Position numbers and translations under genes: made by a program. From contig DATLUO010000064.1 in the NCBI GenBank assembly GCA_035533075.1, positions 12,573 through 76,572 on the forward strand: a DNA stretch of 64,000 nucleotides, read 5' to 3'. The notes below the pieces were generated by a model. It did not search any database, was not told where the DNA came from, and was given only the letters and a program-made list of their open reading frames with translations. This document shows positions 50,154 to 59,321 of this stretch, piece after piece (the first letter of the stretch is position 1; every line of letters begins with the position of its first letter). The stretch comes from Pirellulales bacterium. Its GTDB lineage: Bacteria; Planctomycetota; Planctomycetia; Pirellulales; JAICIG01.

Positions 50154-52616
50154 ATGCGACCTGTGCGACAACATGTTCTGAACCGGCGCCTTCTGGTCGT
50201 GTTCGCCTTGACCGGCATGGTTGGTTCTTGGGCGATGGCCGAAAAGCTTTCGCCGGCCGTCTTCGCGGCGGTTGCCGCCGGGGCCGAAGATGAGGCGGTG
50301 GTGCCACATCCCGACCCGACCTTCAAAGGCGTCGCCAAGCACACACTGGCCGGTTCCAAGCCGGACTTTCCAGCAGCGGTAGCGGCCCCGAAAGAGGCAC
50401 CCAACGTCCTGTTGGTGCTCATCGACGACGCCGGCTTCGGGAACCCGTCGGCCTTCGGCGGACCGATTCAAACGCCCACGCTCCAGCGACTGGCCGATCA
50501 AGGGCTGCGCTACAATCGCTTTCACGTGACGGCGCTTTGCTCGCCGACGCGCGCCGCGTTGCTTTCCGGGCGCAACCATCATGCGGTCGGTTTCGGCTCG
50601 ATCGCCGAGATCGCCGGAGGCTGGCCGGGCTACAATGCCACCTGGCCCAAGAGCGCGGCGTCGATCGCTCAGATTCTGCAAGGCAACGGCTATTCGACGG
50701 CCGCCTTCGGTAAATGGCACCTCACGCCCGACAACCAGCAGGGCGCGGCCGGTCCGTTCGATCGCTGGCCCAACGCGCTGGGCTTCGACTATTTCTACGG
50801 CTTTTTGGGCGGCGAAGCAGGGCAGTACGACCCCGTGATGACCGAGAACAACACAACGATCGGTGTGCCCCAACAGAAAGACTACTACCTGCCGACCGAT
50901 CTTTCCGACCGCACGGTCCGCTGGATTCACGATCAAAAGACCCAGTCGCCCCAGCGGCCGTTCTTCATCTATTACGCCACCGGCGCGAGCCACGCGCCGC
51001 ATCACGTGCCTCACGAATGGGCCGACAAATACAAGGGCAAGTTCGACGCAGGCTGGGACAAGTATCGCGAACAAACGTTCGCGCGGCAAAAGAAGCTGGG
51101 CATCATTCCGGCCCACGCGAAGCTCACTCCGCGCGAACCAGCCTTCCCTGCTTGGGACTCCATTGCGCCCGAGGTGAAAAAGCTCTACGCCCGGCAGATG
51201 GAGGTTTACGCCGGGTTCCAGGAGAATGCCGACTATGAGGTGGGCCGGGTGGTGAAAACGATCGACGAGTTGGGGCTGGCCGACGACACGCTGATCATTT
51301 ACATCTGGGGCGACAACGGCGCCAGCATGGAAGGGACCGAGACCGGCTCATTCAACGAGCTGACCATGCAGAACGGCATTGCGCTATCGGACAAGCAACA
51401 GCTTAAGCTGATTCAGGCTTACGGCGGCATCGAGGCCTGGGGAGGCCCGGAGATGGCCCCGCATTACGCCGCTGCCTGGGCCTGGGCGGGCAACACGCCG
51501 TTTCAGTGGGGCAAGCAGGTGGCCTCGCACTTCGGCGGCACGCGCAATCCGATGGTGGTTTCCTGGCCCAAACGCATCAGCGACAAGGGCAGCGTTCGCA
51601 CGCAGTTCACACACGTGATCGACGTCGTGCCGACCCTTTTGGAAGTGGCCGGGATTGCGGCGCCCAGAGAGGTAAACGGGATCGAGCAGATGCCGATTCA
51701 CGGCGTGAGCTTCGCCTATAGCTTCGACGATGCCGACGCGAAGAGCCGGCACACGCAACAATACTTCGAGATTTACGGCAATCGGGCGATGTATAAGGAC
51801 GGATGGATCGCGTGCGCCCGGCTCGATCGCATCCCCTGGCGCATCGATCCGGCCACGCTGGCGAAGTTCTTGCCAGGCAAATGGCGGCCCGAAAACGACA
51901 AGTGGGAACTCTACCACATCGACGACGACTTCAGCGAGTCGCACGACCTGGCGGCCGAGCACCCCGAAAAACTCGAGGCACTGCAAGAACTGTTCTGGGA
52001 AGAAGCGGAGAAATACCAGGTGACTCCGCTCTTGGCCGGGTTTGCTCCCTTCTTTGGCTTCCCGACGCCGGCCGCGAACCGGACGAAGTTCACTTATTAT
52101 CCGGGCACCGAGAACATCGGGTCCGGCATGATTCCGCACATTTACAGCCGTTCGTTTACGATCAGGGCGGACTTGCAAGTGCCCGACGACGGCTGCGAGG
52201 GCGTGATCGTCGCCGAGGCCGACCACCTGGGCGGCTTCTCGCTTTACGTGCAGGGCGGCAAGCTTAACTACACCTATAGCTTCATGGGCGTAAAGGTCGA
52301 AACGCTGACTTCGACCAGCAAATTGCCCAGCGGCGACGTCGAGGTGCGGTATGAATTCATGGCCGACGAAGAAGGGAAGGCCGGCACGGGCGGCAAGGGC
52401 CGGCTGATCGTCAACGGCAAGCCCGTCGGCGAGAGCCATCTCGACCATACCGCGGCCTTCCGCTTCAGCGCCTATGCCGGCATGGACATTGGCAAAGACA
52501 ACGGGCTGACCGTTTCGCAGAGCTACAAAGACAAGGCACCGTTTGCCTTCACGGGCACGATCGAAAAAGTATCGTTCGACATCGCGCCCGGCAAAAAAGC
52601 GTCCCAGGGCAGATAA
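50154..52616 (+). CDS. Arylsulfatase (formylglycine-dependent sulfatase family) with an extended C-terminal domain
   Basis: A signal-like N-terminus, 'LIDDAGFGN' and 'LCSPTRAALLSGRNHH' (CxPxR motif). The start is ATG 50154. Confidence 0.92.
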   Translation: MRPVRQHVLNRRLLVVFALTGMVGSWAMAEKLSPAVFAAVAAGAEDEAVVPHPDPTFKGVAKHTLAGSKPDFPAAVAAPKEAPNVLLVLIDDAGFGNPSAFGGPIQTPTLQRLADQGLRYNRFHVTALCSPTRAALLSGRNHHAVGFGSIAEIAGGWPGYNATWPKSAASIAQILQGNGYSTAAFGKWHLTPDNQQGAAGPFDRWPNALGFDYFYGFLGGEAGQYDPVMTENNTTIGVPQQKDYYLPTDLSDRTVRWIHDQKTQSPQRPFFIYYATGASHAPHHVPHEWADKYKGKFDAGWDKYREQTFARQKKLGIIPAHAKLTPREPAFPAWDSIAPEVKKLYARQMEVYAGFQENADYEVGRVVKTIDELGLADDTLIIYIWGDNGASMEGTETGSFNELTMQNGIALSDKQQLKLIQAYGGIEAWGGPEMAPHYAAAWAWAGNTPFQWGKQVASHFGGTRNPMVVSWPKRISDKGSVRTQFTHVIDVVPTLLEVAGIAAPREVNGIEQMPIHGVSFAYSFDDADAKSRHTQQYFEIYGNRAMYKDGWIACARLDRIPWRIDPATLAKFLPGKWRPENDKWELYHIDDDFSESHDLAAEHPEKLEALQELFWEEAEKYQVTPLLAGFAPFFGFPTPAANRTKFTYYPGTENIGSGMIPHIYSRSFTIRADLQVPDDGCEGVIVAEADHLGGFSLYVQGGKLNYTYSFMGVKVETLTSTSKLPSGDVEVRYEFMADEEGKAGTGGKGRLIVNGKPVGESHLDHTAAFRFSAYAGMDIGKDNGLTVSQSYKDKAPFAFTGTIEKVSFDIAPGKKASQGR

Positions 52617-52669
52617 ACCGCCTGCTGCTCGCGATCTTTGGCCGCGGCCACGTTGAATCCGGGTATCGC

Positions 52670-53938
52670 TTATTGCTCGCTGGTCCCGCCGGCTTTCACC
52701 ACGCCGCCCTGCATCACGGCGATGAAGCGAGAGCGGTCCTCCAAGATGCCGATGTCGGCCAGCACATTGCCGTCGACGACGAGCACATCGGCCAGCTTGC
52801 CGGGCTGAAGCGTGCCAAACTCGTCGCCACGGCACATGATCTGCGCGCCGGTCTGGGTGGCGCAAGTGATCGTTTCCAGCGGCGAGAAGCCGACGTATTT
52901 GACGAAGAAGGTCAGCTCCTTGGCATAGTCGCCGTGCGGGTTCCAGGCGAAGCCGTAATCGCCGCCCATGCCGAGCCGGCCGCCGTGCTTGAGAATCCGC
53001 CGGGCACTCTCCGCTCCGCCCTCCAGTGTTTCCTGGTGCCCGTCGATCACGCGCTGCGACAGGCCGAACTCGCGGCCGCGCTCCACGCTGGCCTGCTCGA
53101 AGTACAAGGCCGGCACCACCGGCGTGTTTCGCACCAGCAGCATGTCGAGCGCCTCGTCGTCCATGAACGTGCCGTGCTCCAGAGTGTCGTAGCCTGCCCG
53201 CAGCGCATTTTTGATGCCTTCGGTCGCCCGGCAGTGGCCGGTGACTTTCAGCCCGTGGTTGTGGGCGGTCGCCACGCAGGCATGCATCTCGTCGAAGGTC
53301 ATGCAGAGCGTGTGATGGTCGTTGTGGTCGGGCGCGGCGGCGTCGCCGGTGGGGTAGGTCTTGACCCATTCGACGCCGTCCTTCACCAGCTTGCGGACGG
53401 CGGCACGCGCTTCGTCCGGCCCGTTGACCAGCAACACCAGCCCCTCCATGCCGATCTTGCGGAAGTCGGGATTCCAGTCCATCAGCCCACCGACGCCGCA
53501 GATTTCGCGTCCGCTGGCCGCCAGCCGCGGGCCGAGCGTCACGTCGTCTTCGATGGCCCGTTTCAACCAGACGTCGATATTGAACAGGCTGCCGCCGGAC
53601 CGGGCGGCCGTATAGCCGCACTCCAACGCCAGCCGGGCATTGTGCGCGGCCAGCAACGTCACGTACTCGACCGGATATTTGATGTCGAGGTCTTCCAGGT
53701 GGGCCACGTCGAAGTAGGTAGGATGGAAATGGGACTCGACCAGGCCGGGCATGATCGTGCCGCCGCGGGCGTCGATCCGCCGCGCATCGGGCGGAGCGTG
53801 CGGCGCCGACTCGGTGCGGCCGGCGTAGGCGATGCGGCCGTCGGTGACGACGACCGTGGCGTCCGGCAGCGGCTTGCCGCCCCTGCCGTCGACAAGCTGC
53901 CCGCCCGTGATGACCGTGGTTCCTGAGGCGAGTTTCAT
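52670..53938 (-). CDS. Amidohydrolase-family metal-dependent hydrolase
   Basis: 'MKLASGTTVITGGQLVDGRG...IMPGLVESHFHP' carries the HxH motif. Its ATG overlaps the upstream stop codon (ATGA at 53935-53938). Confidence 0.9.
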   Translation of the reverse strand: MKLASGTTVITGGQLVDGRGGKPLPDATVVVTDGRIAYAGRTESAPHAPPDARRIDARGGTIMPGLVESHFHPTYFDVAHLEDLDIKYPVEYVTLLAAHNARLALECGYTAARSGGSLFNIDVWLKRAIEDDVTLGPRLAASGREICGVGGLMDWNPDFRKIGMEGLVLLVNGPDEARAAVRKLVKDGVEWVKTYPTGDAAAPDHNDHHTLCMTFDEMHACVATAHNHGLKVTGHCRATEGIKNALRAGYDTLEHGTFMDDEALDMLLVRNTPVVPALYFEQASVERGREFGLSQRVIDGHQETLEGGAESARRILKHGGRLGMGGDYGFAWNPHGDYAKELTFFVKYVGFSPLETITCATQTGAQIMCRGDEFGTLQPGKLADVLVVDGNVLADIGILEDRSRFIAVMQGGVVKAGGTSEQ

Positions 53939-54798
53939 TCTTTCGGATCCGGGGATTTGCCGTTGCTGATTTCTTCCAGCACGGTTGTCGAAGCGAAGAG
54001 CGGGTTGCTGTCGGTTTGCCGCACCACGCCGACGCCAGCCGCCAGCCATTGCTGCTGCGTATTGGTGGCGAGCGTTTTTTTCATCACGACGGAAAGCTTC
54101 AGGCAGTGCGGATACTTGCCGGCGGGCGTCTCCACGTCTTCGAAGCCGAAGGCGGTGAACTCGAAATCGCCGCTCGTCGTTTTCGCGCCCCAGCGGTCGC
54201 CAATCTTGAACGAGGACGGCAAGTAAAGCCACTCCGGCGACTGCTCGTCGCCCTCCAACACCTGGTAAACCCCGTCCCGCGTCGCCCGATAGTAAATCAG
54301 CGTGTCGGGTATGAACGGCACGCCGGTGATGGTCGTCGTCACTTTGAAGTAGGACTTGTCGTTCAGCACCGTTCGCTCCGCCACGCGGTTCGTCGCCGTG
54401 GCCTTGCGTGGCGTTCCCACAGGCGGCTCGACGGTCACCTGGTACTTCATCACGCGGCCCAAAGCCAGCGGTAAGTATCGCGTGCCGTCGATCGGTTTGT
54501 GTTTGCCGCGCGCGGGTGGAGCAGCCAGGGAAAACGAGAGGCAGGCGGCGAGAATCGCGACGAGGTAGCACGCTCGGCTGAAGGCGAAGCAAGGTCGCGG
54601 TGGCTGGGGCAGGGCCGCGCGGCATGGCGGATTCCGCGTTAACGCTGGGACGCGGCGATGCCCCGGTGGCGAGGCCGCCACCGGGGCATCGCTGGCCGGC
54701 CGTGCGTTTTCGCAATGGCCCAACCGAACCCGGCCAGCTTCTGCCCCAGCCACCGCTGAGGCCGGCGGGCCAGGATTCCCGTTCGTTTTGAAACTCAT
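53935..54798 (-). CDS. Hypothetical exported/membrane-anchored beta-rich protein (start uncertain)
   Basis: The robust coding part begins at the hydrophobic segment 'CYLVAILAACLSFSLAA'. ATG 54798 overlaps the upstream stop codon (ATGA). An alternative is an internal in-frame GTG near 54668. Confidence 0.55.
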   Translation of the reverse strand: MSFKTNGNPGPPASAVAGAEAGRVRLGHCENARPASDAPVAASPPGHRRVPALTRNPPCRAALPQPPRPCFAFSRACYLVAILAACLSFSLAAPPARGKHKPIDGTRYLPLALGRVMKYQVTVEPPVGTPRKATATNRVAERTVLNDKSYFKVTTTITGVPFIPDTLIYYRATRDGVYQVLEGDEQSPEWLYLPSSFKIGDRWGAKTTSGDFEFTAFGFEDVETPAGKYPHCLKLSVVMKKTLATNTQQQWLAAGVGVVRQTDSNPLFASTTVLEEISNGKSPDPKE

Positions 54799-56507
54799 TT
54801 GGCTGTCTCCGGAGCTTGACTGCCGTCGTCTCGCGCGAAGCGGTAATAGACTTCCAGCGCCAGCACGGCCAGCGCGGTGCTGTAAACGCGGCCCCCTTCG
54901 CCGCCGAATTGATCGTTCGGGTCCCAGCTTCCGCGGTTGCAGTCGGAGCCGTGCAGTTCGAGCGAAATCACGTGATTGCGGACCACGTCGTTCCAACGCT
55001 TCCACGGTCCGCCGCCCGCCATGAACATCGCCAAAGTGCAGTTGTACCAGAGATAGAAATCGCTGCCCCCGACGCGGCCGGCGCCCCAGCGGGCCTCGGC
55101 CTGATCGGCCAGATAGGCCGACGCCAGATGAATCAGCTCGGAATCGTTGTGGTGCGTGACGAACTCGTCGACCAACATTCCCACGCCGGTGGTGGCGTCG
55201 GTCACGAACCGCAGCCCCTGGTAATGCGTCCGCCCCGTGAGCGGATCGGCGGCGCGTTCGAAAAACGCCGTCATGCGAGAAAGGGTTTCGGCTTCCACGG
55301 GCAAATCAGCCTCTTTCGCCGTCTTCAAGGCCAGCATCACCCAGCCCGAAACCGACGTGTCGCTCGGGTTTCCCTTGTTCGACGTATAGCGCCATCCGCC
55401 GTCGCCGTGTTGCTGGCTTTCAATGAATTTGACCGCCTTGTTGGCCGCGGCGAGGTACTTCTCGTCCGGGTGCCGTTGCGCCGCCCGCGCGACGGCGCAG
55501 GCCTCGGCCAGCGCGAAGGTGGCGATGGCATGCTCGTACATATATCGCTGGTTATAGGCGGCCGGTTCGCCGGGCGCCTGGCCGAGCCGGTTGAGCGGGC
55601 CGACCAACTCGCCGTTGGGGCCTTGCCGCGCCACCAGCCAGTCGAGTCCGCGGCGCACGTTGTCGGAATAAGCGTGCTGGTTGAAGTCGTAATTGCCGCC
55701 GGCCTGGAAAGCCAGCACCGGCAGGCCCGTGAGCGCCGCGTCGTATTTTCCCCCCGGGCCCATGCACGGATGCTCCTGCTCGCACCGCGACGACGGGCCC
55801 GAACCGAGACAGTCGGGCCCCCAGTGGCCGTCTTCGGCCTGATGGCGCGCCAGCCAGTCGAGTCCGGCCGTGACCCCTAGTTCCGACTGCGGCGTGCCGC
55901 CGACTTTGCCGATCCACTTTTCGCGGTCGGGGCGCGTGCGTTGCGAATAGAGCCCCAAAGGCTCCGCGGGTGGTCCGGCCACCGGAAGCTTTCGCTCCTC
56001 TTTCGACAGACCGATCTCTTTTGGCGGCGCAAGCTCTTTCATGGCGACCGCTTCCTGCTTCGGCGGGGCGGCGCCCTCGGTCTTCGCCGCAGTGGCTGCC
56101 TGGACGGGCTTCGCCGGCACCGTCTTGGCGACGTCGTCCGACGCGGCGGGCTGCTTGTTCTTCTCCGCCGACTTCACCTCGGCCTCGGCGACCTGCATCG
56201 CGGGCGCGGCGGCTTCGGGCTTCTTGCCGGTGGTCCAGGCGTAATAGACGCCGCCGACGAGCAGCACGAGCAGTAGCAAGAGCGCCATGCTGGCCAGAAC
56301 GTTGCGGCGCGATTCGCTGGCGTGAGCAGCGCCGGCTGCGGGCCGGCCGTGGCCCACGTCGGCGGACGTGAGATGCACAGGGCCGGGTGGGGGCGGTCGC
56401 TTTACGCTGCCGCCGGCCGCATGTGGCAACGGACGGCCACATCCGGGATGCGGACAATGGGCCGCGTCGTCAGGCACAGTTCGGTGGCAGGCAGGGCAGG
56501 TTTTCAT
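54795..56507 (-). CDS. Prenyltransferase/squalene-oxidase-repeat (terpenoid-cyclase-fold) protein with an N-terminal zinc ribbon and a TM anchor
   Basis: 'MKTCPACHRTVPDDAAHCPHPGCG', a TM segment 'LASMALLLLLVLLVGGVYY', an Ala/Lys/Pro linker, then 'GLDWLARHQAEDGHWG', 'GLDWLVARQGPNGE' and 'FIESQQHGDGGWRY'. Confidence 0.82.
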   Translation of the reverse strand: MKTCPACHRTVPDDAAHCPHPGCGRPLPHAAGGSVKRPPPPGPVHLTSADVGHGRPAAGAAHASESRRNVLASMALLLLLVLLVGGVYYAWTTGKKPEAAAPAMQVAEAEVKSAEKNKQPAASDDVAKTVPAKPVQAATAAKTEGAAPPKQEAVAMKELAPPKEIGLSKEERKLPVAGPPAEPLGLYSQRTRPDREKWIGKVGGTPQSELGVTAGLDWLARHQAEDGHWGPDCLGSGPSSRCEQEHPCMGPGGKYDAALTGLPVLAFQAGGNYDFNQHAYSDNVRRGLDWLVARQGPNGELVGPLNRLGQAPGEPAAYNQRYMYEHAIATFALAEACAVARAAQRHPDEKYLAAANKAVKFIESQQHGDGGWRYTSNKGNPSDTSVSGWVMLALKTAKEADLPVEAETLSRMTAFFERAADPLTGRTHYQGLRFVTDATTGVGMLVDEFVTHHNDSELIHLASAYLADQAEARWGAGRVGGSDFYLWYNCTLAMFMAGGGPWKRWNDVVRNHVISLELHGSDCNRGSWDPNDQFGGEGGRVYSTALAVLALEVYYRFARDDGSQAPETAK

Positions 56508-56508
56508 A

Positions 56509-56629
56509 GGGCGTTAGGCGTTGGGCGTTGGGCGTTGGGCATTGGGCATTGGGCATTGGGCATTAGGCATTGGGCATTAGGACGGATTTGAAAATCGCGC
56601 CTAACGCCTAACACCCAAAGCCTAACGCC
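56509..56629. repeat. GGGC(G/A)TT heptamer array (about 10 units, 56509-56582) with a partial inverted partner (56597-56629)
   Basis: 'gggcgttaggcgttgggcgttgggcgttgggcattgggcattgggcattgggcattaggcattgggcattagg' on one side and 'gcgcctaacgcctaacacccaaagcctaacgcc' on the other. The array starts 2 nt from the ATG at 56507. Confidence 0.9.
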
Positions 56630-56657
56630 TTTCTCCAACCGGGCACGACATTCCACA

Positions 56658-59213
56658 TTACTCCTTCTCCTCCTCGCCCTCCGCCGGCGGCAGCCGCCCG
56701 GCTGCCTGGTAAGCCAGCAGGCGAGAATTCTCGTCGCTGCTCGCAGCCGGCAGCGGGCCGTAATCAATATGCCCGACGACCAACGTCAATTGCCGCGACT
56801 GCGAGGCGCCGGGCCGGATCGTCAGTCCGGCAACTTCGTCGGCGGTCCAGCCAACGACGCATAAATCGCCGCCCACGCGCCCGTCGCCAATCTGGTTCTG
56901 CGCCAGCCGATACATGCTCCGCAAGTTCAGGCCGTCGTTGAATTGTTCGACAGTGACCGTCGATTTATCAAGCTGGTCCGACCACGAATCGGTCTCATCC
57001 GCCTTGCGATCGAGCAACTCGACGGTGACCGCGGCCCCGGCGCCGACCAGGCCGGCCCAGGCGCTATGCCGCGGCCCAATCACGCCCACGCCTTCCAATG
57101 CAAAACGCGTGTCGTTGGTCAGCCGGTAACGGTTGCCGCCCAAGGGCTGCCAGCCGAAGCCGCCCCCGGCGTCGAGCATCTCCTCGCTGTGAACCATGCC
57201 CGTCGTGTTCGACGAAATCTCCAGACCGTCCAGCGTCACCTGGGCCACCTCGTCGTCCTCGGCAAGCTGCGGAGTGCGCCGGTAGGCGACCGTGGTCAGC
57301 CCCTGGCCGATCACGCGCCGCTGTCCGGCCGCGAACGGCAGGGCCGCCGCCGACTGGTCGTCGAAGCGAAGTTGATAGCGTGTGCCCAAAGAGCTGTAAA
57401 GGGCCAGGTAGCGGGTCAGATGCCCGCGCGGATACGTGCCCTGAACTTCCAGCACGGCCAATTCGCTTTTCGATCGGGCAAAGCCGATGTCGAGCTGCGC
57501 CAAATAGACGACCGCCAACGCCCCGCCGATGGAAATCACCGGCGCCGCCGCCCAGGCCCATTCGACCCGTCCCAAGACGCGAAAAAAGCCCCAGTTGATC
57601 GGCACCAGGACCGCGATATAGGCGCCCAGCACCATCACCACGAACCGCGCGTCGGGCACCGTAATGCCGGCCGCTTTGCGCAGCGCGTCGAGTGCCACGT
57701 TCGAGGCCCCGCTGAAATCGTTCCAGCCCGCCGGGCCTGAGCCATACTGCGGCTCGCCTTCGCCCGCTTGAATCTGCGGCATCCCGAAGCGATTGAACTG
57801 GTTCGCTTGCTGGAACTCGTCGACCGGGGGCGCGGTGGGAGCGGCGCGAGTTCGCACCAGGTCGCCCAGCAGCTTGGGCGGAGCCTCGGCGTCGCGCGTG
57901 AAGTAGCGCACCTGGCTCACGCGCTGCGCGTCGTGCGACGGGTGCCCGTCGAGCCAATCGACGAACAGCGTTTCGTTGGTGAAGTGGAACTTGCGCGGCG
58001 CGCGGCGCAGCAAACAGGCGTTGAAGAAATTGTCGAAGCTGGGCCACTCGTGCAGCTCGCGCTGGCTGAGACGAAAGGCCGTCAGCACGATGCGTCCGCG
58101 GCCGACGCGGCGCTCGGCGACGAGCGGTTCTCCCGCCGACGCGACCAGCGTGGCGGCGTTCTCGGCCAGCTTGAGGTGGACGCCGCTCCAGGCACGCACG
58201 GCTTTGAGTACACGGTCGCCCTTGAGCCAGCCGGCGTTCAAGGTCTGGAGCGCGTCGACCGTGATCTGCCAGGTTTCGCCCGCCGAGGCCGGCAAGAACT
58301 CTTCCAAAAAACTCCCTTTGAGCGTGGGGAGCGTTTCGGGACCGCTGACGATAAGCTGCCCGCCCCAGTGCAGCCAATCGAGCATCGCCTGCTGCTGCTC
58401 GGTCGAGAGCTTCTTGGGTTCGAGGTCGTCCCAAATCACGTAGGCGATGCTCGTCCAGCCGAGCGTTTGCGAGGGCACCGGCGCCAGCGTCTTGATGTGC
58501 GGCAGTGCCACGCGATAGTGATGGGCATTGAGCGGCTCGATCAGCGCCTCGTTGGGCGCGGTGACCGAATCGAGGCTCTTCAAGAACGAGTAGGAATCGG
58601 GGTTCAGCGCCAGCACGAGAAGGTAATACTGGTGCGGCGGCATGGGGCGGATGGGCTGCGTCTCGCCGAACACGGGCGTGCCGCCCACGCCTCGCAGCAG
58701 CCGCGTGGCCACATTTTTGCCGCGGGTTTCCACCGGCGCGAAGACCGAAAACTCCAGCATCCGCCCTTGGCCTTTGGGCAGGATGACCGGCCGCGTAGTG
58801 CGCAGCTCGAAGGGAACTTCGTCAAGCGGCACCGGCCGGGCGGTCATATCGAGCGTTTCGCTGAGCAGTTCGCCGCGGAAGTCGAAATTGTTTGCCCGCG
58901 AAAGCAAGGAAGCGTTGGTCCAATGGCCCGGCTTGATGAACACCTGCTGGCGGTTCTCTTTGTCTTCCACACCGCCCGGCTGCACCGCGAACCGCAGAAA
59001 CTCGAAGTTCGGCTTCTCCTGCTCCTTCTTCTTCAGTTCTTCGCGTTTGGCCTCGCGTTCTTCTTCGGTCAGCGGATCGTCGGAGCGGCAGCCGCGGCAG
59101 CCGACGACGGCCGGCGCCAGGCAGAGCCACACCAGCCAACCGACCGCGCAGCGCCGCGGAAGCCACTTTCGGGACGGCGGGGATGTAGGGGGGCGGCTTC
59201 GCGGATGGGCCAT
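56658..59213 (-). CDS. Large lipoprotein/membrane protein of unknown function (GATase1-like/DUF4350-like middle region by memory)
   Basis: A lipobox-like 'LAPAVVGC', the segment 'IAYVIWDDLEPKKLSTEQQQAMLDWLHWGGQLIVSGP', and two internal TM segments. It lies downstream of an RDD gene. Confidence 0.8.
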   Translation of the reverse strand: MAHPRSRPPTSPPSRKWLPRRCAVGWLVWLCLAPAVVGCRGCRSDDPLTEEEREAKREELKKKEQEKPNFEFLRFAVQPGGVEDKENRQQVFIKPGHWTNASLLSRANNFDFRGELLSETLDMTARPVPLDEVPFELRTTRPVILPKGQGRMLEFSVFAPVETRGKNVATRLLRGVGGTPVFGETQPIRPMPPHQYYLLVLALNPDSYSFLKSLDSVTAPNEALIEPLNAHHYRVALPHIKTLAPVPSQTLGWTSIAYVIWDDLEPKKLSTEQQQAMLDWLHWGGQLIVSGPETLPTLKGSFLEEFLPASAGETWQITVDALQTLNAGWLKGDRVLKAVRAWSGVHLKLAENAATLVASAGEPLVAERRVGRGRIVLTAFRLSQRELHEWPSFDNFFNACLLRRAPRKFHFTNETLFVDWLDGHPSHDAQRVSQVRYFTRDAEAPPKLLGDLVRTRAAPTAPPVDEFQQANQFNRFGMPQIQAGEGEPQYGSGPAGWNDFSGASNVALDALRKAAGITVPDARFVVMVLGAYIAVLVPINWGFFRVLGRVEWAWAAAPVISIGGALAVVYLAQLDIGFARSKSELAVLEVQGTYPRGHLTRYLALYSSLGTRYQLRFDDQSAAALPFAAGQRRVIGQGLTTVAYRRTPQLAEDDEVAQVTLDGLEISSNTTGMVHSEEMLDAGGGFGWQPLGGNRYRLTNDTRFALEGVGVIGPRHSAWAGLVGAGAAVTVELLDRKADETDSWSDQLDKSTVTVEQFNDGLNLRSMYRLAQNQIGDGRVGGDLCVVGWTADEVAGLTIRPGASQSRQLTLVVGHIDYGPLPAASSDENSRLLAYQAAGRLPPAEGEEEKE

Positions 59214-59321
59214 CGCTGTGTTCTGCCGCGTATTGCGGCTTGGTGCGGGCGGTGAGTCTCGTGTGGCAAGGCGTCTGTCATGAGTTTAAGCCTTTGCGGG
59301 CGGCAGAGAAAGTGTTCGCCG

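Noticed and set aside
53939-54715. An N-terminal extension of about 260 aa on the amidohydrolase ORF (52670-54715).
   Set aside because: The extension is Arg-rich and overlaps the better-supported gene in another frame. The canonical amidohydrolase N-terminus starts at ATG 53938, which has an ATGA overlap with the upstream stop codon.
56509-56582. The heptamer arrays and the 143-bp tandem repeat (37671-37955) considered as CRISPR arrays.
   Set aside because: The units are 7-8 nt, or contiguous 143-bp copies, with no unique spacers. No cas genes are present in the window.
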